A stretch of 55,602 bases of DNA, filler included, from Nanobdellati archaeon (GCA_013152815.1; 3 parts of 3 records of this genome joined end to end with filler, not necessarily neighbours in it); one strand, 5' to 3'. Positions 11,001-19,887 are shown, counted from the whole stretch's first letter. Numbers and translations: made by a program. Notes: a model not told the origin generated them from the sequence alone.

Positions 11001-11207
11001 GAAATCGGTACGTACAGGGAGAAAATAGACTTTGTCGGCGAGTTCTTTGCTGGTCTGGATGGTCGCGATGTTAGGGTTGATGAGGATGACCTTGATGCCC
11101 TCTTCACGCAATGCCTTGATGCACTGGCTGCCGGAATAGTCGAACTCGCCTGCCTGTCCTATGCGGATGGCACCGCTTCCCAGCACGAGGACTTTCTTGA
11201 CCTTCAT
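8034..11207 (-). CDS. carB: carbamoyl-phosphate synthase large subunit
   Basis: GQAGEFDYSGSQ, duplicated ATP-grasp halves, HTGESIVVAP, NPETVSTDYD, C-terminal MGS domain. Confidence 0.97.
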   Translation of the reverse strand: MKVKKVLVLGSGAIRIGQAGEFDYSGSQCIKALREEGIKVILINPNIATIQTSKELADKVYFLPVRTDFVEKVIQKEKPDGIMLMFGGQTALNCGVELHEQGILRKHNVKVLGTPVESIILTEDRKLFARKLREIGVKTPKSRAVRTMTAAINAAKKIGYPVMVRAAYALGGKGSGVAKDERELEGLADKALSAARQILVEEYLGGWKEIEYEVVRDSFDNCITVCNMENFDPLGIHTGESIVVAPSQTLTDKEYHSLRTIAIKVIRALGIVGECNIQYALDPNSDDYRIIEVNARLSRSSALASKATGYPLAFIAAKLGLGHNLTELPNMVTKKTFACFEPALDYLVLKIPRWDLEKFRRVKKQIGTEMKSVGEVMAIGRKFEEALQKAIRMLGQGMNGLTGNTLPFDNLSEELRQPTDKRVFAVGEAVRQGRSIEEIHRLSGIDPWFLAKIQNIIGLETDLSKGHMTASLLRRAKRYGFSDRQIGLLQNKSEEAVYRARKKRNILPVIRQIDTLAAEYPAKTNYLYLTYNGQDHDITSSEKKTVIVLGSGAYRIGSSVEFDWCAVTAVQTLKKLGYHTVMINYNPETVSTDYDICDRLYFDELSFETVRDIYEMEQPLGLILSVGGQIPNNLAMACQREGMRILGTSPQSIDNAENRHRFSAILDRLGIDQPPWKELTTVREAKRFAEKVGYPVLIRPSYVLSGSAMNVAFDDRTLERYLKEATEVSKEHPVVITRFIMNAKEIEIDAVAKKGTLVAYAISEHIENAGVHSGDATMVFPPQNLYLETIRRIKRITKAIAKEFNITGPLNIQFIAKKNRIGVIELNLRASRSFPFVSKVSKVNFIGLATKAIMGKRARTTMSMLNIDYVGVKAPQFSFSRLSGADPVLSVEMSSTGEVACMGDDLNEAFLKAVLAVDMNLPRKDVLVSVGGERNKYRALEDVRKLHQIGYRIYATEHTAAFLRKRGIRSTMLYKAHNRHKKDNVLSYLKTGKIDLAVFIADEFNKDVVEDEYLLRRTAVDFSVPLVTNLQLFHTFVDALADHADERLQVKSWGEYK

Positions 11208-12301
11208 CGGTGCTCCTCTATGATCTTGATGAAGTCGTCGAACAGGAAGTTCGTGTCGTTGGGTCCGGCCATGGCTTCAGGATGGAATTGGACCGTGAAG
11301 AACGGTCTTGTCCGGTGGCGTATCCCCTCATTGGTGTTGTCGTTGAGGTTCCTGAACCAGGGGTCCCATCCTTCTGGAAGCGTCTTGTCGTCGACGGCAA
11401 AACCATGGTTCTGGGCGGTGATGAAGCAGCGTCTCGTCCCGACGAGATAGGCAGGCTGGTTCTGTGACCGATGTCCATATTTGAGCTTGTAGGTGTTGCC
11501 GCCTGCGGCAAGGGCCGTCAGCTGGTTGCCCAGGCAGATGCCGAACAGCGGTTTCTCCTGTGCCATGGCCTTCCTGATGTGTTCGATGGTCTTCACACAC
11601 TTCTTCGGATCGCCGGGACCGTTGGAGATAAGTGCTCCGTCATAGGTCAAGCCTGTGAAATCGTAGTCATAGGGGACGCGGATGACGTTGACCCCTCTTT
11701 TGAGCAGTTCACGGATGATGTTGTTCTTGCAGCCGCAGTCGACGACGACAACCGTCATCCTGCTCCCTTTTTGGGCATAGGTCCTTATCCTGTCAGGAGA
11801 GACCTCTTTCACAAGGTCCCGCCTGTTCGGATCATCGAAACCCGCTTCTCTGTCGATGATGATCTTTCCGAGCATGACTCCCTTTTCCCGCAGCGTCTTG
11901 GTCAGGGCGCGGGTGTCGATGCCATACAAGCCCGGAATCTCCTGTTCTTTGAGCCAGGCCCCCAGGGTCTTCTTGGCTGTCCAGTGGGATGGTCGCTCTG
12001 TATAGTCATCTATGATCATGCCCTGGACATGGATGCCTGAGGATTCAAAGTGTTTCTCGAGCGAGAACTCATCCAGCTCATCTCCCGGGACGCCGTAGTT
12101 TCCGATGAGCGGATAGGTGAACGTGAGGATCTGTCCCCGATAGGACGGATCGGTCAGAGACTGGGGATAGCCGACCATGCCGGTGTTGAAGACGACCTCT
12201 CCGGCCGCGCTTTTCGGATGGCCAAAGCTGACGCCTTCAAAGATCATGCCGTTCTCCAGAACCAGTCTTCCGGGCAAAGGTCGTTCCATCTCAAAAATCA
12301 T
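11204..12301 (-). CDS. carA: carbamoyl-phosphate synthase small (glutaminase) subunit
   Basis: GEVVFNTGMVGY, TDPSY, SNGPGDP, GICLGNQ (catalytic Cys), QFHPE; 4-bp overlap with carB. Confidence 0.97.
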   Translation of the reverse strand: MIFEMERPLPGRLVLENGMIFEGVSFGHPKSAAGEVVFNTGMVGYPQSLTDPSYRGQILTFTYPLIGNYGVPGDELDEFSLEKHFESSGIHVQGMIIDDYTERPSHWTAKKTLGAWLKEQEIPGLYGIDTRALTKTLREKGVMLGKIIIDREAGFDDPNRRDLVKEVSPDRIRTYAQKGSRMTVVVVDCGCKNNIIRELLKRGVNVIRVPYDYDFTGLTYDGALISNGPGDPKKCVKTIEHIRKAMAQEKPLFGICLGNQLTALAAGGNTYKLKYGHRSQNQPAYLVGTRRCFITAQNHGFAVDDKTLPEGWDPWFRNLNDNTNEGIRHRTRPFFTVQFHPEAMAGPNDTNFLFDDFIKIIEEHR

Positions 12302-12451
12302 TGTCGCCCGAACAATCTTTATATGTGTTTTGTTGCATCTGCTTATTTTTTCCTCGCCATGTCTTTCATGATTTTTTTATGTTATCATTTCTTGATGCTC
12401 ATAAAGCTTTTAATACTCCCCGGCTATCCGTAATTGAATAGGGGTGAATGC

Positions 12452-13204
12452 ATGGGAATGTTTGATTTCTTGAAAAAAGAGAAAAAATCGACAGGTGACA
12501 TGGATATGCCACCTCCTGCTCCTGTGTCGAGTTCAACTCCCGGGCCGCAGCCCGATGCCGATCTTGCCATGCCCTCTTTTCCAGAACCCCATGACGCGGA
12601 CATCTCCCTTCCACCCATCACCGATGATGGTCTTTCCGGCAATGGCACCTCTGGATTCCCGGGGTATATCCCTCCGCCGCCGGGAGATATGCCTGCGATG
12701 CCTGATCATCCCTTCCCTGGACCGATGATGCCCGCGGGCCCTTCTCCTGAACCGGCGACCGATGCATCTGCTGTCCCTGATGCTCCTCCTACTGTCCCTG
12801 AACAGGCACCCGCTGAACCTTTGCCTGCGTCGTCAGAGACCCTGTCTGAACCAGATGAGCCTCCTGAAGCGACGGATGAAATCCCGTCCCCTTCTTCCGA
12901 CGAGCCGGATGGACCGGCCGTGACAGGACCCGAAGCGGACCCTCATTCTGAGCACGTCCTGCTGAGACATCGGGATGTCACCAGGACAGATCCTCTTTAT
13001 ATCGACGTGGTCGATTATACCGCGGCCCTTGAGAAGATAAAGGAAGCCGGCCAGGATTTCAAGCAGCTCGATGACGGGCTGAACAGGATTGAAAAGGTGA
13101 ACAACGACCAATATCAGTCCACGGAATCCCTGCGGATGCTGTTGGAGGCATCTGCAAGGAAGATCCAGCGGGTGGACAAGCAGATCTTGCAAAAAAGGTG
13201 GTGA
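12452..13204 (+). CDS. hypothetical protein: Pro/acidic disordered region + C-terminal coiled coil
   Basis: GGGGTGA SD; MGMFDFLKK amphipathic start; PLYIDVVDY followed by heptads. Confidence 0.75.
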   Translation: MGMFDFLKKEKKSTGDMDMPPPAPVSSSTPGPQPDADLAMPSFPEPHDADISLPPITDDGLSGNGTSGFPGYIPPPPGDMPAMPDHPFPGPMMPAGPSPEPATDASAVPDAPPTVPEQAPAEPLPASSETLSEPDEPPEATDEIPSPSSDEPDGPAVTGPEADPHSEHVLLRHRDVTRTDPLYIDVVDYTAALEKIKEAGQDFKQLDDGLNRIEKVNNDQYQSTESLRMLLEASARKIQRVDKQILQKRW

Positions 13205-13209
13205 TACTC

Positions 13210-13431
13210 ATGACACAGACACCGGTCTTCGTGAAGATTGAAGAGTTCAAAGAGATTCTTGCATCGTTGAATGCCATCAAGGACAAGCTCAACCAGGCCA
13301 GCCAGGTCCTGACCGACATCAACGACCTCAAGACCAAGGAAGACACCGAGCTGGAGTCCTGGAAGGAATCATTGAACCAGGTAAGCGACAAGGTCAATGC
13401 CATGGATGCGGTGCTGTTCGAGCAGGGATGA
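13210..13431 (+). CDS. small coiled-coil hypothetical protein
   Basis: GGTGGTGA SD; PVFVKIEEF followed by heptad repeats. Confidence 0.75.
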   Translation: MTQTPVFVKIEEFKEILASLNAIKDKLNQASQVLTDINDLKTKEDTELESWKESLNQVSDKVNAMDAVLFEQG

Positions 13432-13471
13432 GCCGTGCTGGACAAAGCGAAGAAAGATAAGGACGACGACG

Positions 13472-13867
13472 ATGGTAAAACAAGAGAATGAGGATTTTTA
13501 TGTCGGGCTGCGGGATCCGGTCACCCTAAGGAAGAGCATGCTCCAATCTGTCCGGGGCATGGTCGAGATACTCCAGCGGCTGGAACTCCTGAAAGGCACC
13601 CGGAAGAAGAAGCTCGATGCCATCGCCCATCTGCGACAGCTTGTCAAGGAGATAAGCAACGCCACCATCCAGCTGAAGAACATGCTGCCGAAGCCCAGCA
13701 AGGCCATGACGCATGAACTCAAGGATTTCCTGCGTATCGAGAAGAAGGTAGCCTCTGTCGATAAGCAGCTTCCGCCTGCTGCAGCAAAGCATGAGAAACC
13801 CGCATCCTTGAACAAGTGGGAGTCTGAGCTCAAGGACATCGAGGCAGAGCTCGAGAAGCTCAGCTGA
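13472..13867 (+). CDS. coiled-coil hypothetical protein
   Basis: DFYVGLRDP followed by heptads; C-terminal ESELKDIEAELEKLS helix. Confidence 0.7.
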   Translation: MVKQENEDFYVGLRDPVTLRKSMLQSVRGMVEILQRLELLKGTRKKKLDAIAHLRQLVKEISNATIQLKNMLPKPSKAMTHELKDFLRIEKKVASVDKQLPPAAAKHEKPASLNKWESELKDIEAELEKLS

Positions 13868-13931
13868 TCCTTGGGACATAACATTCTTGGAAACCTTTTT
13901 AAAAAATCCTGGTCTTCTTGATGCCAGTCTT

Positions 13932-13997
13932 GCGGAGTTGCCGGAGTGGTCAAACGGGGTGGACTCAAGCGTGTCTTGAGCGAGAAGCTGCTTTGTG
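13932..13997 (+). tRNA. tRNA-Leu(CAA), 5' exon plus start of intron, truncated by gap
   Basis: GCGGAGTTGCCGGAGTGGTCAAACGGGGTGGACT-CAA-G, then non-tRNA sequence from position 37/38. Confidence 0.75.
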
Positions 13998-14097
13998 NNN
14001 NNNNNNNNNNNNNNNNNNNNNNNNNNNNNNNNNNNNNNNNNTTAATTAATTAANNNNNNNNNNNNNNNNNNNNNNNNNNNNNNNNNNNNNNNNNNNN
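13998..14097. other. artificial contig linker
   Basis: N-run containing TTAATTAATTAA (stops in all frames). Confidence 0.97.
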
Positions 14098-14832
<735 letters not shown>

Positions 14833-15066
14833 TCGCTTCTTTTGGTCGCAATTTTATCGTATCTTGGAATTTTCGGAAATAATTTTTCTATGCGCTTGTT
14901 GGCATACCTACCCATACACAAGATTCTCACTTATGCATGAACATGATGGGGGAGTCGTTTCAACGTTTCAAAACGATTCCGTCATGCCCGATATGTCCCT
15001 TAGAATCTGTCATATCTAAGATATAAGGCATCTGGAGGTGATTGGGAGTTTTTGAGAGTAATAGGT

Positions 15067-15081
15067 CATATATAAAGCTTT
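15067..15081 (-). promoter_or_regulatory. probable rRNA promoter (BRE-TATA)
   Basis: AAAGCTTTATATAT on the minus strand about 235 bp upstream of the 16S 5' end. Confidence 0.55.
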
Positions 15082-15142
15082 AGGTTCTGACCGCCTAGGC
15101 CAGATATATTTCTAGACAGGAAAGACCTATCCGGCACTGGAA

Positions 15143-15244
15143 TCACTTGCGGGCCCGTTTGCGCTTCTCTTTCTTCATGCGCTTGCGCTGCCACTTCCAG
15201 CGCATCTGGCCTTTTTTCTTCCAGCGTCGTGAACTTCTCTTCAT
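15143..15244 (-). CDS. rpl41e: ribosomal protein eL41/eS32 (33 aa, missing from ORF track)
   Basis: MKRSSRRWKKKGQMRWKWQRKRMKKEKRKRARK matches the archaeal eL41 pattern WKKKG-x-MRWKW; GAGGA SD. Confidence 0.88.
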   Translation of the reverse strand: MKRSSRRWKKKGQMRWKWQRKRMKKEKRKRARK

Positions 15245-15321
15245 TCTTGGTCTTCCTCTGCATTGAAGCCCGATGAACAGGCAACCTCCGAAGGAATTTG
15301 AGGGGATTTATAAAGGTTTGG

Positions 15322-16428
15322 TTAAGAATCTGTACGCGCCTCAAGGAGATAAGCATCCAACAAAGATCGGAATCTGGGATTGAGATACTGTTGAGCAAAG
15401 ACGATGGTCGGGATCTTGTAGGGTCCCTGACCATCCCCGAAAGAGAGCAGGTCCTGGATGTGCTGATTGTTGAGGATGCGCCTGATCTGGGGTTCACCAA
15501 GACCGAAGAATCTGAGGATATTCTGCTCCTCCGCCAGGTCGATGGTCTTCCCTTCCGAGTGTTCCCTGTCGATGAGGGCATCATGGGTCGCGGGGGAACT
15601 TTTCCGGTTCTGGAACAGGGAATGATAATAGGCTATCCATCGTCTGTTCTCCTCTCTCGGAAGAGCATAGGGTCTCAGCGATGCCTGCCCATCTTCCCCC
15701 TTCCCGGAGACCGGTCCTGTGGGCACGTTCCGCTTCCATTCTGCATCCATGATCTCTTCCCGCAGGTCAATGTCTTCCCGCAGGTCAATGCGCATCCGAC
15801 GACGCGGACGTTGAGGAACCTTCTGCCGGGGGCCCATGGGCATCTGCCGCAGAGGGTTCGTGTATTCTCTGACGAAGCGTCCTGTGATGTAGGCGCTTGC
15901 CCGGTCAATATCTTCTTTGCCGTTGCCCCGACGGCAGAAAACCTGATTGTTGTAGGGCATGCCCAGAACAGTGCGATGGGTGGTGGTGTCATGGAGCGCA
16001 GCTATCCGGATCATCTGGAGAGCACGGTCTTCCATGATCTCTCCCCGGAACGCCGTCAATGCGAAGGGAAGATGATGCGCTCCTGAAAGATATCGCATGA
16101 GCTGATTGGCAGCGTATTCCTTGTTCGACATGGATACATAGGATGCCAGCGTCACTCCAACCTCCCTGGCGGTGATGGCTCCAGAGATATCCACGTAGGC
16201 GTCGATGGCATCGAAAACAAGGGGCAACGCCTTCCTGAAACGATCATGAGCAACATCCCTGGAATAGCGACTCGCGATATTCTGGTAAAGCAGGTCGGAA
16301 AGGTCCACGACAGGAGCTGTCTCTGCACTGCTGTCCTCCCGGGACAGATGGGTGTTCCTTTCTGCGATGGCCTTGTCCACCAATGCAGAGAATTCTCTGT
16401 TGACAAAGACGCTCAGGTCTCTTCCCAT
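15322..16428 (-). CDS. hypothetical protein
   Basis: Long ORF; AAACTTTTTAT promoter-like motif about 20 bp before ATG 16428; internal 18-bp tandem duplication at 15755-15790. Confidence 0.6.
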   Translation of the reverse strand: MGRDLSVFVNREFSALVDKAIAERNTHLSREDSSAETAPVVDLSDLLYQNIASRYSRDVAHDRFRKALPLVFDAIDAYVDISGAITAREVGVTLASYVSMSNKEYAANQLMRYLSGAHHLPFALTAFRGEIMEDRALQMIRIAALHDTTTHRTVLGMPYNNQVFCRRGNGKEDIDRASAYITGRFVREYTNPLRQMPMGPRQKVPQRPRRRMRIDLREDIDLREEIMDAEWKRNVPTGPVSGKGEDGQASLRPYALPREENRRWIAYYHSLFQNRKSSPATHDALIDREHSEGKTIDLAEEQNILRFFGLGEPQIRRILNNQHIQDLLSFGDGQGPYKIPTIVFAQQYLNPRFRSLLDAYLLEARTDS

Positions 16429-16539
16429 GAAGAGAGCGAACAGAAAGGCCAATAAAAAGTTTGGCATCGGCATCCTGTCAGGAAACGTCAGGAACAACGG
16501 GATCGAAGCATGACAGCCTCATTTCACCCGTCATCCTGT

Positions 16540-17427
16540 TCATCCATAGAAGCCAGCGTCGATGGATGCTGCGCCTGCCCTGATCTGCACATTGATGGAG
16601 TCTCGGTCAGAACGGAATCCCGGAGAGAGATAGGTATCGTTCTGACGCAGGAAACCGTTGAAGTCGCTTGAGAGGACACGCCCACGGAGGCTCACATTGA
16701 CACCCATGCCGACGGGGAAGAGCAGGTGGAACGTGCTGGCACCGGTGGTGATGATGGCCTTCGTCGGATAGTTCCCGAAGCGTATCCTGGTCTTCGCTGC
16801 GCCGGTCTGCAGGGACAGGTTCCCGACCTGGAGGTCCTGGAGATCCCAGACGGCATCGGCTGCTCCGTAGCGCGCAGCGATCGCATAGACGACGTCGGGG
16901 TCGAGGGAGAGGTTCCATTCCTCCTTCACGCCCCTGACAAAATCGAAAGAGGAATTCCGTCCGAGCAGAAGGATGCCCTGCATCCCTTTCCGGGTGAACT
17001 GCATGACAGGATCGTCGTCCTGATTCGTCGTGATGACATTCCGGGCAAGGACATCACCGTCGCCTGCCCCCAGGAAAAGTTGTCCGGCGCCGAAGGTCAA
17101 CGCCAGCTGCACCCGGTCCACGTCGGCAGGACCGGCCTGCAGGGTCACGGTCCTTGACGTTCCGGGGACGGAAAAGGACGGCAGGAGCAGGACATAGACC
17201 AACAGGAGAAAGGCCGCTGCCAGGAGCAAGGTACCGACGATGCCCCGACGGAAGAGGAAGGCAAGGCCCAGGAGGATGAGCAGGAGGGGCCAGAGACGCA
17301 GGAACAGATGGCCCAGCTCGAACAGGGTGAGGCCCAATGCATGGAGAAAAAGCAGGAGACCGACGACAATCACCAGGAAACCGATGAGCCCGGAGACCAG
17401 ACCCCGACGACGGAGAGCAGGGTTCAT
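16540..17427 (-). CDS. LiaF/DUF5668-like N-terminal TM domain + beta-solenoid (toast-rack/DUF2154-like) membrane protein
   Basis: GLLLFLH...LWPLLLILLG TM block; repeated GAG/GAA beta motifs; ATGA overlap with the PspC gene. Confidence 0.7.
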   Translation of the reverse strand: MNPALRRRGLVSGLIGFLVIVVGLLLFLHALGLTLFELGHLFLRLWPLLLILLGLAFLFRRGIVGTLLLAAAFLLLVYVLLLPSFSVPGTSRTVTLQAGPADVDRVQLALTFGAGQLFLGAGDGDVLARNVITTNQDDDPVMQFTRKGMQGILLLGRNSSFDFVRGVKEEWNLSLDPDVVYAIAARYGAADAVWDLQDLQVGNLSLQTGAAKTRIRFGNYPTKAIITTGASTFHLLFPVGMGVNVSLRGRVLSSDFNGFLRQNDTYLSPGFRSDRDSINVQIRAGAASIDAGFYG

Positions 17428-17906
17428 GGCTGCCGCCTCCCCCGGACGATGAGGAACATGCCCAGGAGGACGAGAAGGAACGGCCAGAAGCGCAGGACAT
17501 GCAAGAAGCTGAACCAGCCGAAGATCGTATCGAAGGAGAAGAGGATACCGAGAAGAAGAAGGACGATGCCGAGCAACAGATTGCCGGAACATCCCTGTCG
17601 GGCCCCCTTCATCGACAGGTCTGCCTTCGCAATATCCTTTCCCGGATATTCCGGGACGATGAGCCACAGGAAGATGTAGAGGATAAGACCCGGGCCATTG
17701 AAGAAAAGCAGGATGAAGGCTATCCTGAACCAGACAGGATCAACATCGAAATATTCCCCGAAACCTCCGCATATCCCGGCGAATACCCTGTCTGTCCGGG
17801 AACGGTAGAGCCGTTTCAGAGCCGGTCCCGAGCCGCGAGACCCCGGTGCCCCTCTCCTCCCGGCCTTTCCCGTTCTTCCTTTCGCGTCTCTCTTTCTTGC
17901 CGCCAT
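17424..17906 (-). CDS. pspC: PspC-domain membrane protein with C-terminal LiaI/LiaF-like helices
   Basis: KRLYRSRTDRVFAGICGGFGEYFDVDPVWFRI...YIFLWLIVP; C-terminal FWPFLLVLLG. Confidence 0.9.
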   Translation of the reverse strand: MAARKRDAKGRTGKAGRRGAPGSRGSGPALKRLYRSRTDRVFAGICGGFGEYFDVDPVWFRIAFILLFFNGPGLILYIFLWLIVPEYPGKDIAKADLSMKGARQGCSGNLLLGIVLLLLGILFSFDTIFGWFSFLHVLRFWPFLLVLLGMFLIVRGRRQP

Positions 17907-17959
17907 GATACACCTCATATCAATGAATGATGCTGAAATGAATGATGCTGAACCGCAAC

Positions 17960-18448
17960 CTATGCCTTCAGCTCCAGTTGCATCCTCTCAAGGACATCCT
18001 TATCGCAGGTGAGAAAGACGCTGCGGCTGATGGTATCGATGAAGTCGCGGGGGACGATGAAATGCTTCCGCAGTATCCTGCTCTGGACGATAAGACTCCT
18101 GATCCTGTTCTGCTGTCCGACGAGGATAACTTCCCTGACAGTCCCGACCTTCTTTCCCTGGGTGTCGAAGACAGCCATGCCCTTCACATCATAGGCAGGA
18201 CGGATGGAAAGGAATACGGCGAATTTGGTTATCTTCTGGATATATCCTCTGCCGATGAAGAGCCCTTTTTTCAGGAAACCTTTGTCGATGGTGATGCCCA
18301 CTATCTCCAGAGTCCGGGGATCGATGTGAAGCTTCTCGATGATGCCAAGAAAGGCACCGTCTGGATCGATGACATCCTTGCCGAGGACATCATCAGAGGT
18401 TATCGTTCCCTCAAAGTCCTGGTCTCCAGAGTTTCTTTTTTTCGACAT
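17960..18448 (-). CDS. tandem PRC-barrel protein
   Basis: Two repeats: LGKDVIDPDGAFLGII and KGMAVFDTQGKKVGTV. Confidence 0.85.
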   Translation of the reverse strand: MSKKRNSGDQDFEGTITSDDVLGKDVIDPDGAFLGIIEKLHIDPRTLEIVGITIDKGFLKKGLFIGRGYIQKITKFAVFLSIRPAYDVKGMAVFDTQGKKVGTVREVILVGQQNRIRSLIVQSRILRKHFIVPRDFIDTISRSVFLTCDKDVLERMQLELKA

Positions 18449-18890
18449 GGTAGCTCGGCCTGAGTATCAACGATGCGCCAAAGGACCGGATGGAGGCGAC
18501 AGGAATGACAAAGGATTTCTTCAGGAAAGGCTTCACCACCACTTCTTTGATGTCGTTGGTGAGTTCTTTACGCTCTACGGCCCTGACCGTCCCCACCACC
18601 TCTCCTTCTGCGGTGATCACCTTTCTTCCCTTCAGCAGCACGCAGGGTTCGATGGCGAGGATTATCGATGCAGGGTTGATCTTCTGGAAATAGGTGGTGT
18701 CGATGTAGATCCTCCTGAAAAGTCCATGCCTGACCATGATCCCTTCCAGCTTTGCCGTCTTCGGGTCAACCCGTAACTGAGAGACCTTGCCGACGATGAG
18801 ACCGTTGCTCGCTATAACCCGCACACCCAACAGCTTCTTCAGGTTGAAGGTCTCCCCAAAAGGCAGCGTGGTGGTCAGGATCTCGTCCAT
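18411..18890 (-). CDS. tandem PRC-barrel protein
   Basis: Two repeats: LGVRVIASNGLIVGKV and KGRKVITAEGEVVGTV. Confidence 0.85.
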   Translation of the reverse strand: MDEILTTTLPFGETFNLKKLLGVRVIASNGLIVGKVSQLRVDPKTAKLEGIMVRHGLFRRIYIDTTYFQKINPASIILAIEPCVLLKGRKVITAEGEVVGTVRAVERKELTNDIKEVVVKPFLKKSFVIPVASIRSFGASLILRPSYHVEKKKLWRPGL

Positions 18891-18925
18891 GATGGTGTCG
18901 TAGCATACGGCTTTAAATAGGTTTC

Positions 18926-19531
18926 TCAGAACAGCGCATGGAATCCGATGATGACCATGTATTTCAGGATGGTCCCCAGAATCATCCAGAAGAAGAGACG
19001 GAGAAGATTGTAGTTTGCTATGCCGAGAGCGAAGGTGAGCAGGGGAGACGGTAAAGGCAGGATATTGAAGCCGAAGATGGCATAGGGACCGAAACGGTTG
19101 ACCCAGCGCTTGACCTTATAGACCTTCTTGCGGGAGAAGATGGTCAAGACCAGGGAAGCAAAACGGTTGCCTATGACATAGTTGATGAACTGGGCCGGCA
19201 GATAGCCGATGACGACAAAGAGCAAGGACACCCAAGGCGAGTTGCCGTTGAGGAGACCGTTGAAGAAGAACACCTCGATGGGCAAGGGTATGAAGAAGAA
19301 ACCGCCGACGAAGGAGAGGATAAGGAGACCAAGAGGGGTAAAATTCGCAAGGTCTTCTTCAAAGAGCTCTTTCACACCTTCATAGGAATGCTGTACCACG
19401 AGCGCCTCTTTGTAGGAGTAGACGAGAAAGACGAGACCGATAAGCAGCAGCAGGGAAAGGATGCTCACCAGCAGCACCTTGACATTCTGGGAATTGGAGA
19501 CCTCCTCTATGATCTCATAGCGCTCTGCCAT
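18926..19531 (-). CDS. DedA/VTT (SNARE-associated) membrane protein
   Basis: FFIPLPIE, INYVIG, ILPLPSPLLTFALG motifs; multiple TM segments. Confidence 0.8.
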   Translation of the reverse strand: MAERYEIIEEVSNSQNVKVLLVSILSLLLLIGLVFLVYSYKEALVVQHSYEGVKELFEEDLANFTPLGLLILSFVGGFFFIPLPIEVFFFNGLLNGNSPWVSLLFVVIGYLPAQFINYVIGNRFASLVLTIFSRKKVYKVKRWVNRFGPYAIFGFNILPLPSPLLTFALGIANYNLLRLFFWMILGTILKYMVIIGFHALF

Positions 19532-19668
19532 GGAGGAACAAGAACAGTAGAGAAAGATAAATGTTTGGGTAAGAACAAAAGAATTCCCTGTCCTGGATCC
19601 CTTGGTGCCGGGAACTTGTTCCTGTGCATCGTTCGAGGACGCAGCACGGAATCGAGACCATTTCAAAG

Positions 19669-19716
19669 AGATGGCCTCCTCCCCGACCTAAAGTGCGGGG
19701 CATGAAACCCTCGCAT
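19669..19716 (-). repeat. IS200/IS605-type terminal hairpin remnant
   Basis: Minus strand reads GCCCCGCAC-TTTAG-GTCGGGG-AGGAGGCCA, resembling IS605-group end hairpins; no transposase nearby. Confidence 0.45.
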
Positions 19717-19862
19717 TAAACAGAGACGGGAAGAAATACAGAACATAATTTCACGAAAAGCCCCGGAAAGTGAAGTTATCCTCCACTATTCCGGGCGGGG
19801 CCATTGCTTTCTTCGAAAGAATTATGTCAGCGCAGTGGTGCAATAATCGAAAACTATTTATA

Positions 19863-19876
19863 TTACAATATTGTAA
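19863..19876. promoter_or_regulatory. palindromic operator of TA operon
   Basis: Perfect palindrome TTACAATATTGTAA between the TATA-like box and the antitoxin ATG. Confidence 0.6.
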
Positions 19877-19887
19877 CTATTGTAAAC

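Noticed and set aside
14042..14053. TTAATTAATTAA palindrome within N-runs (also near 34065)
   Set aside because: Artificial contig linker, so tRNA-Leu/16S and alaS/surface-protein adjacencies are not biological.
19600..19755. Possible RNase P RNA (GCACGGAA, TGAAAC, ACAGAAC words)
   Set aside because: Could not build the conserved P4 helix (GAGGAAAGUCC / GGCUUA); only isolated short words match.
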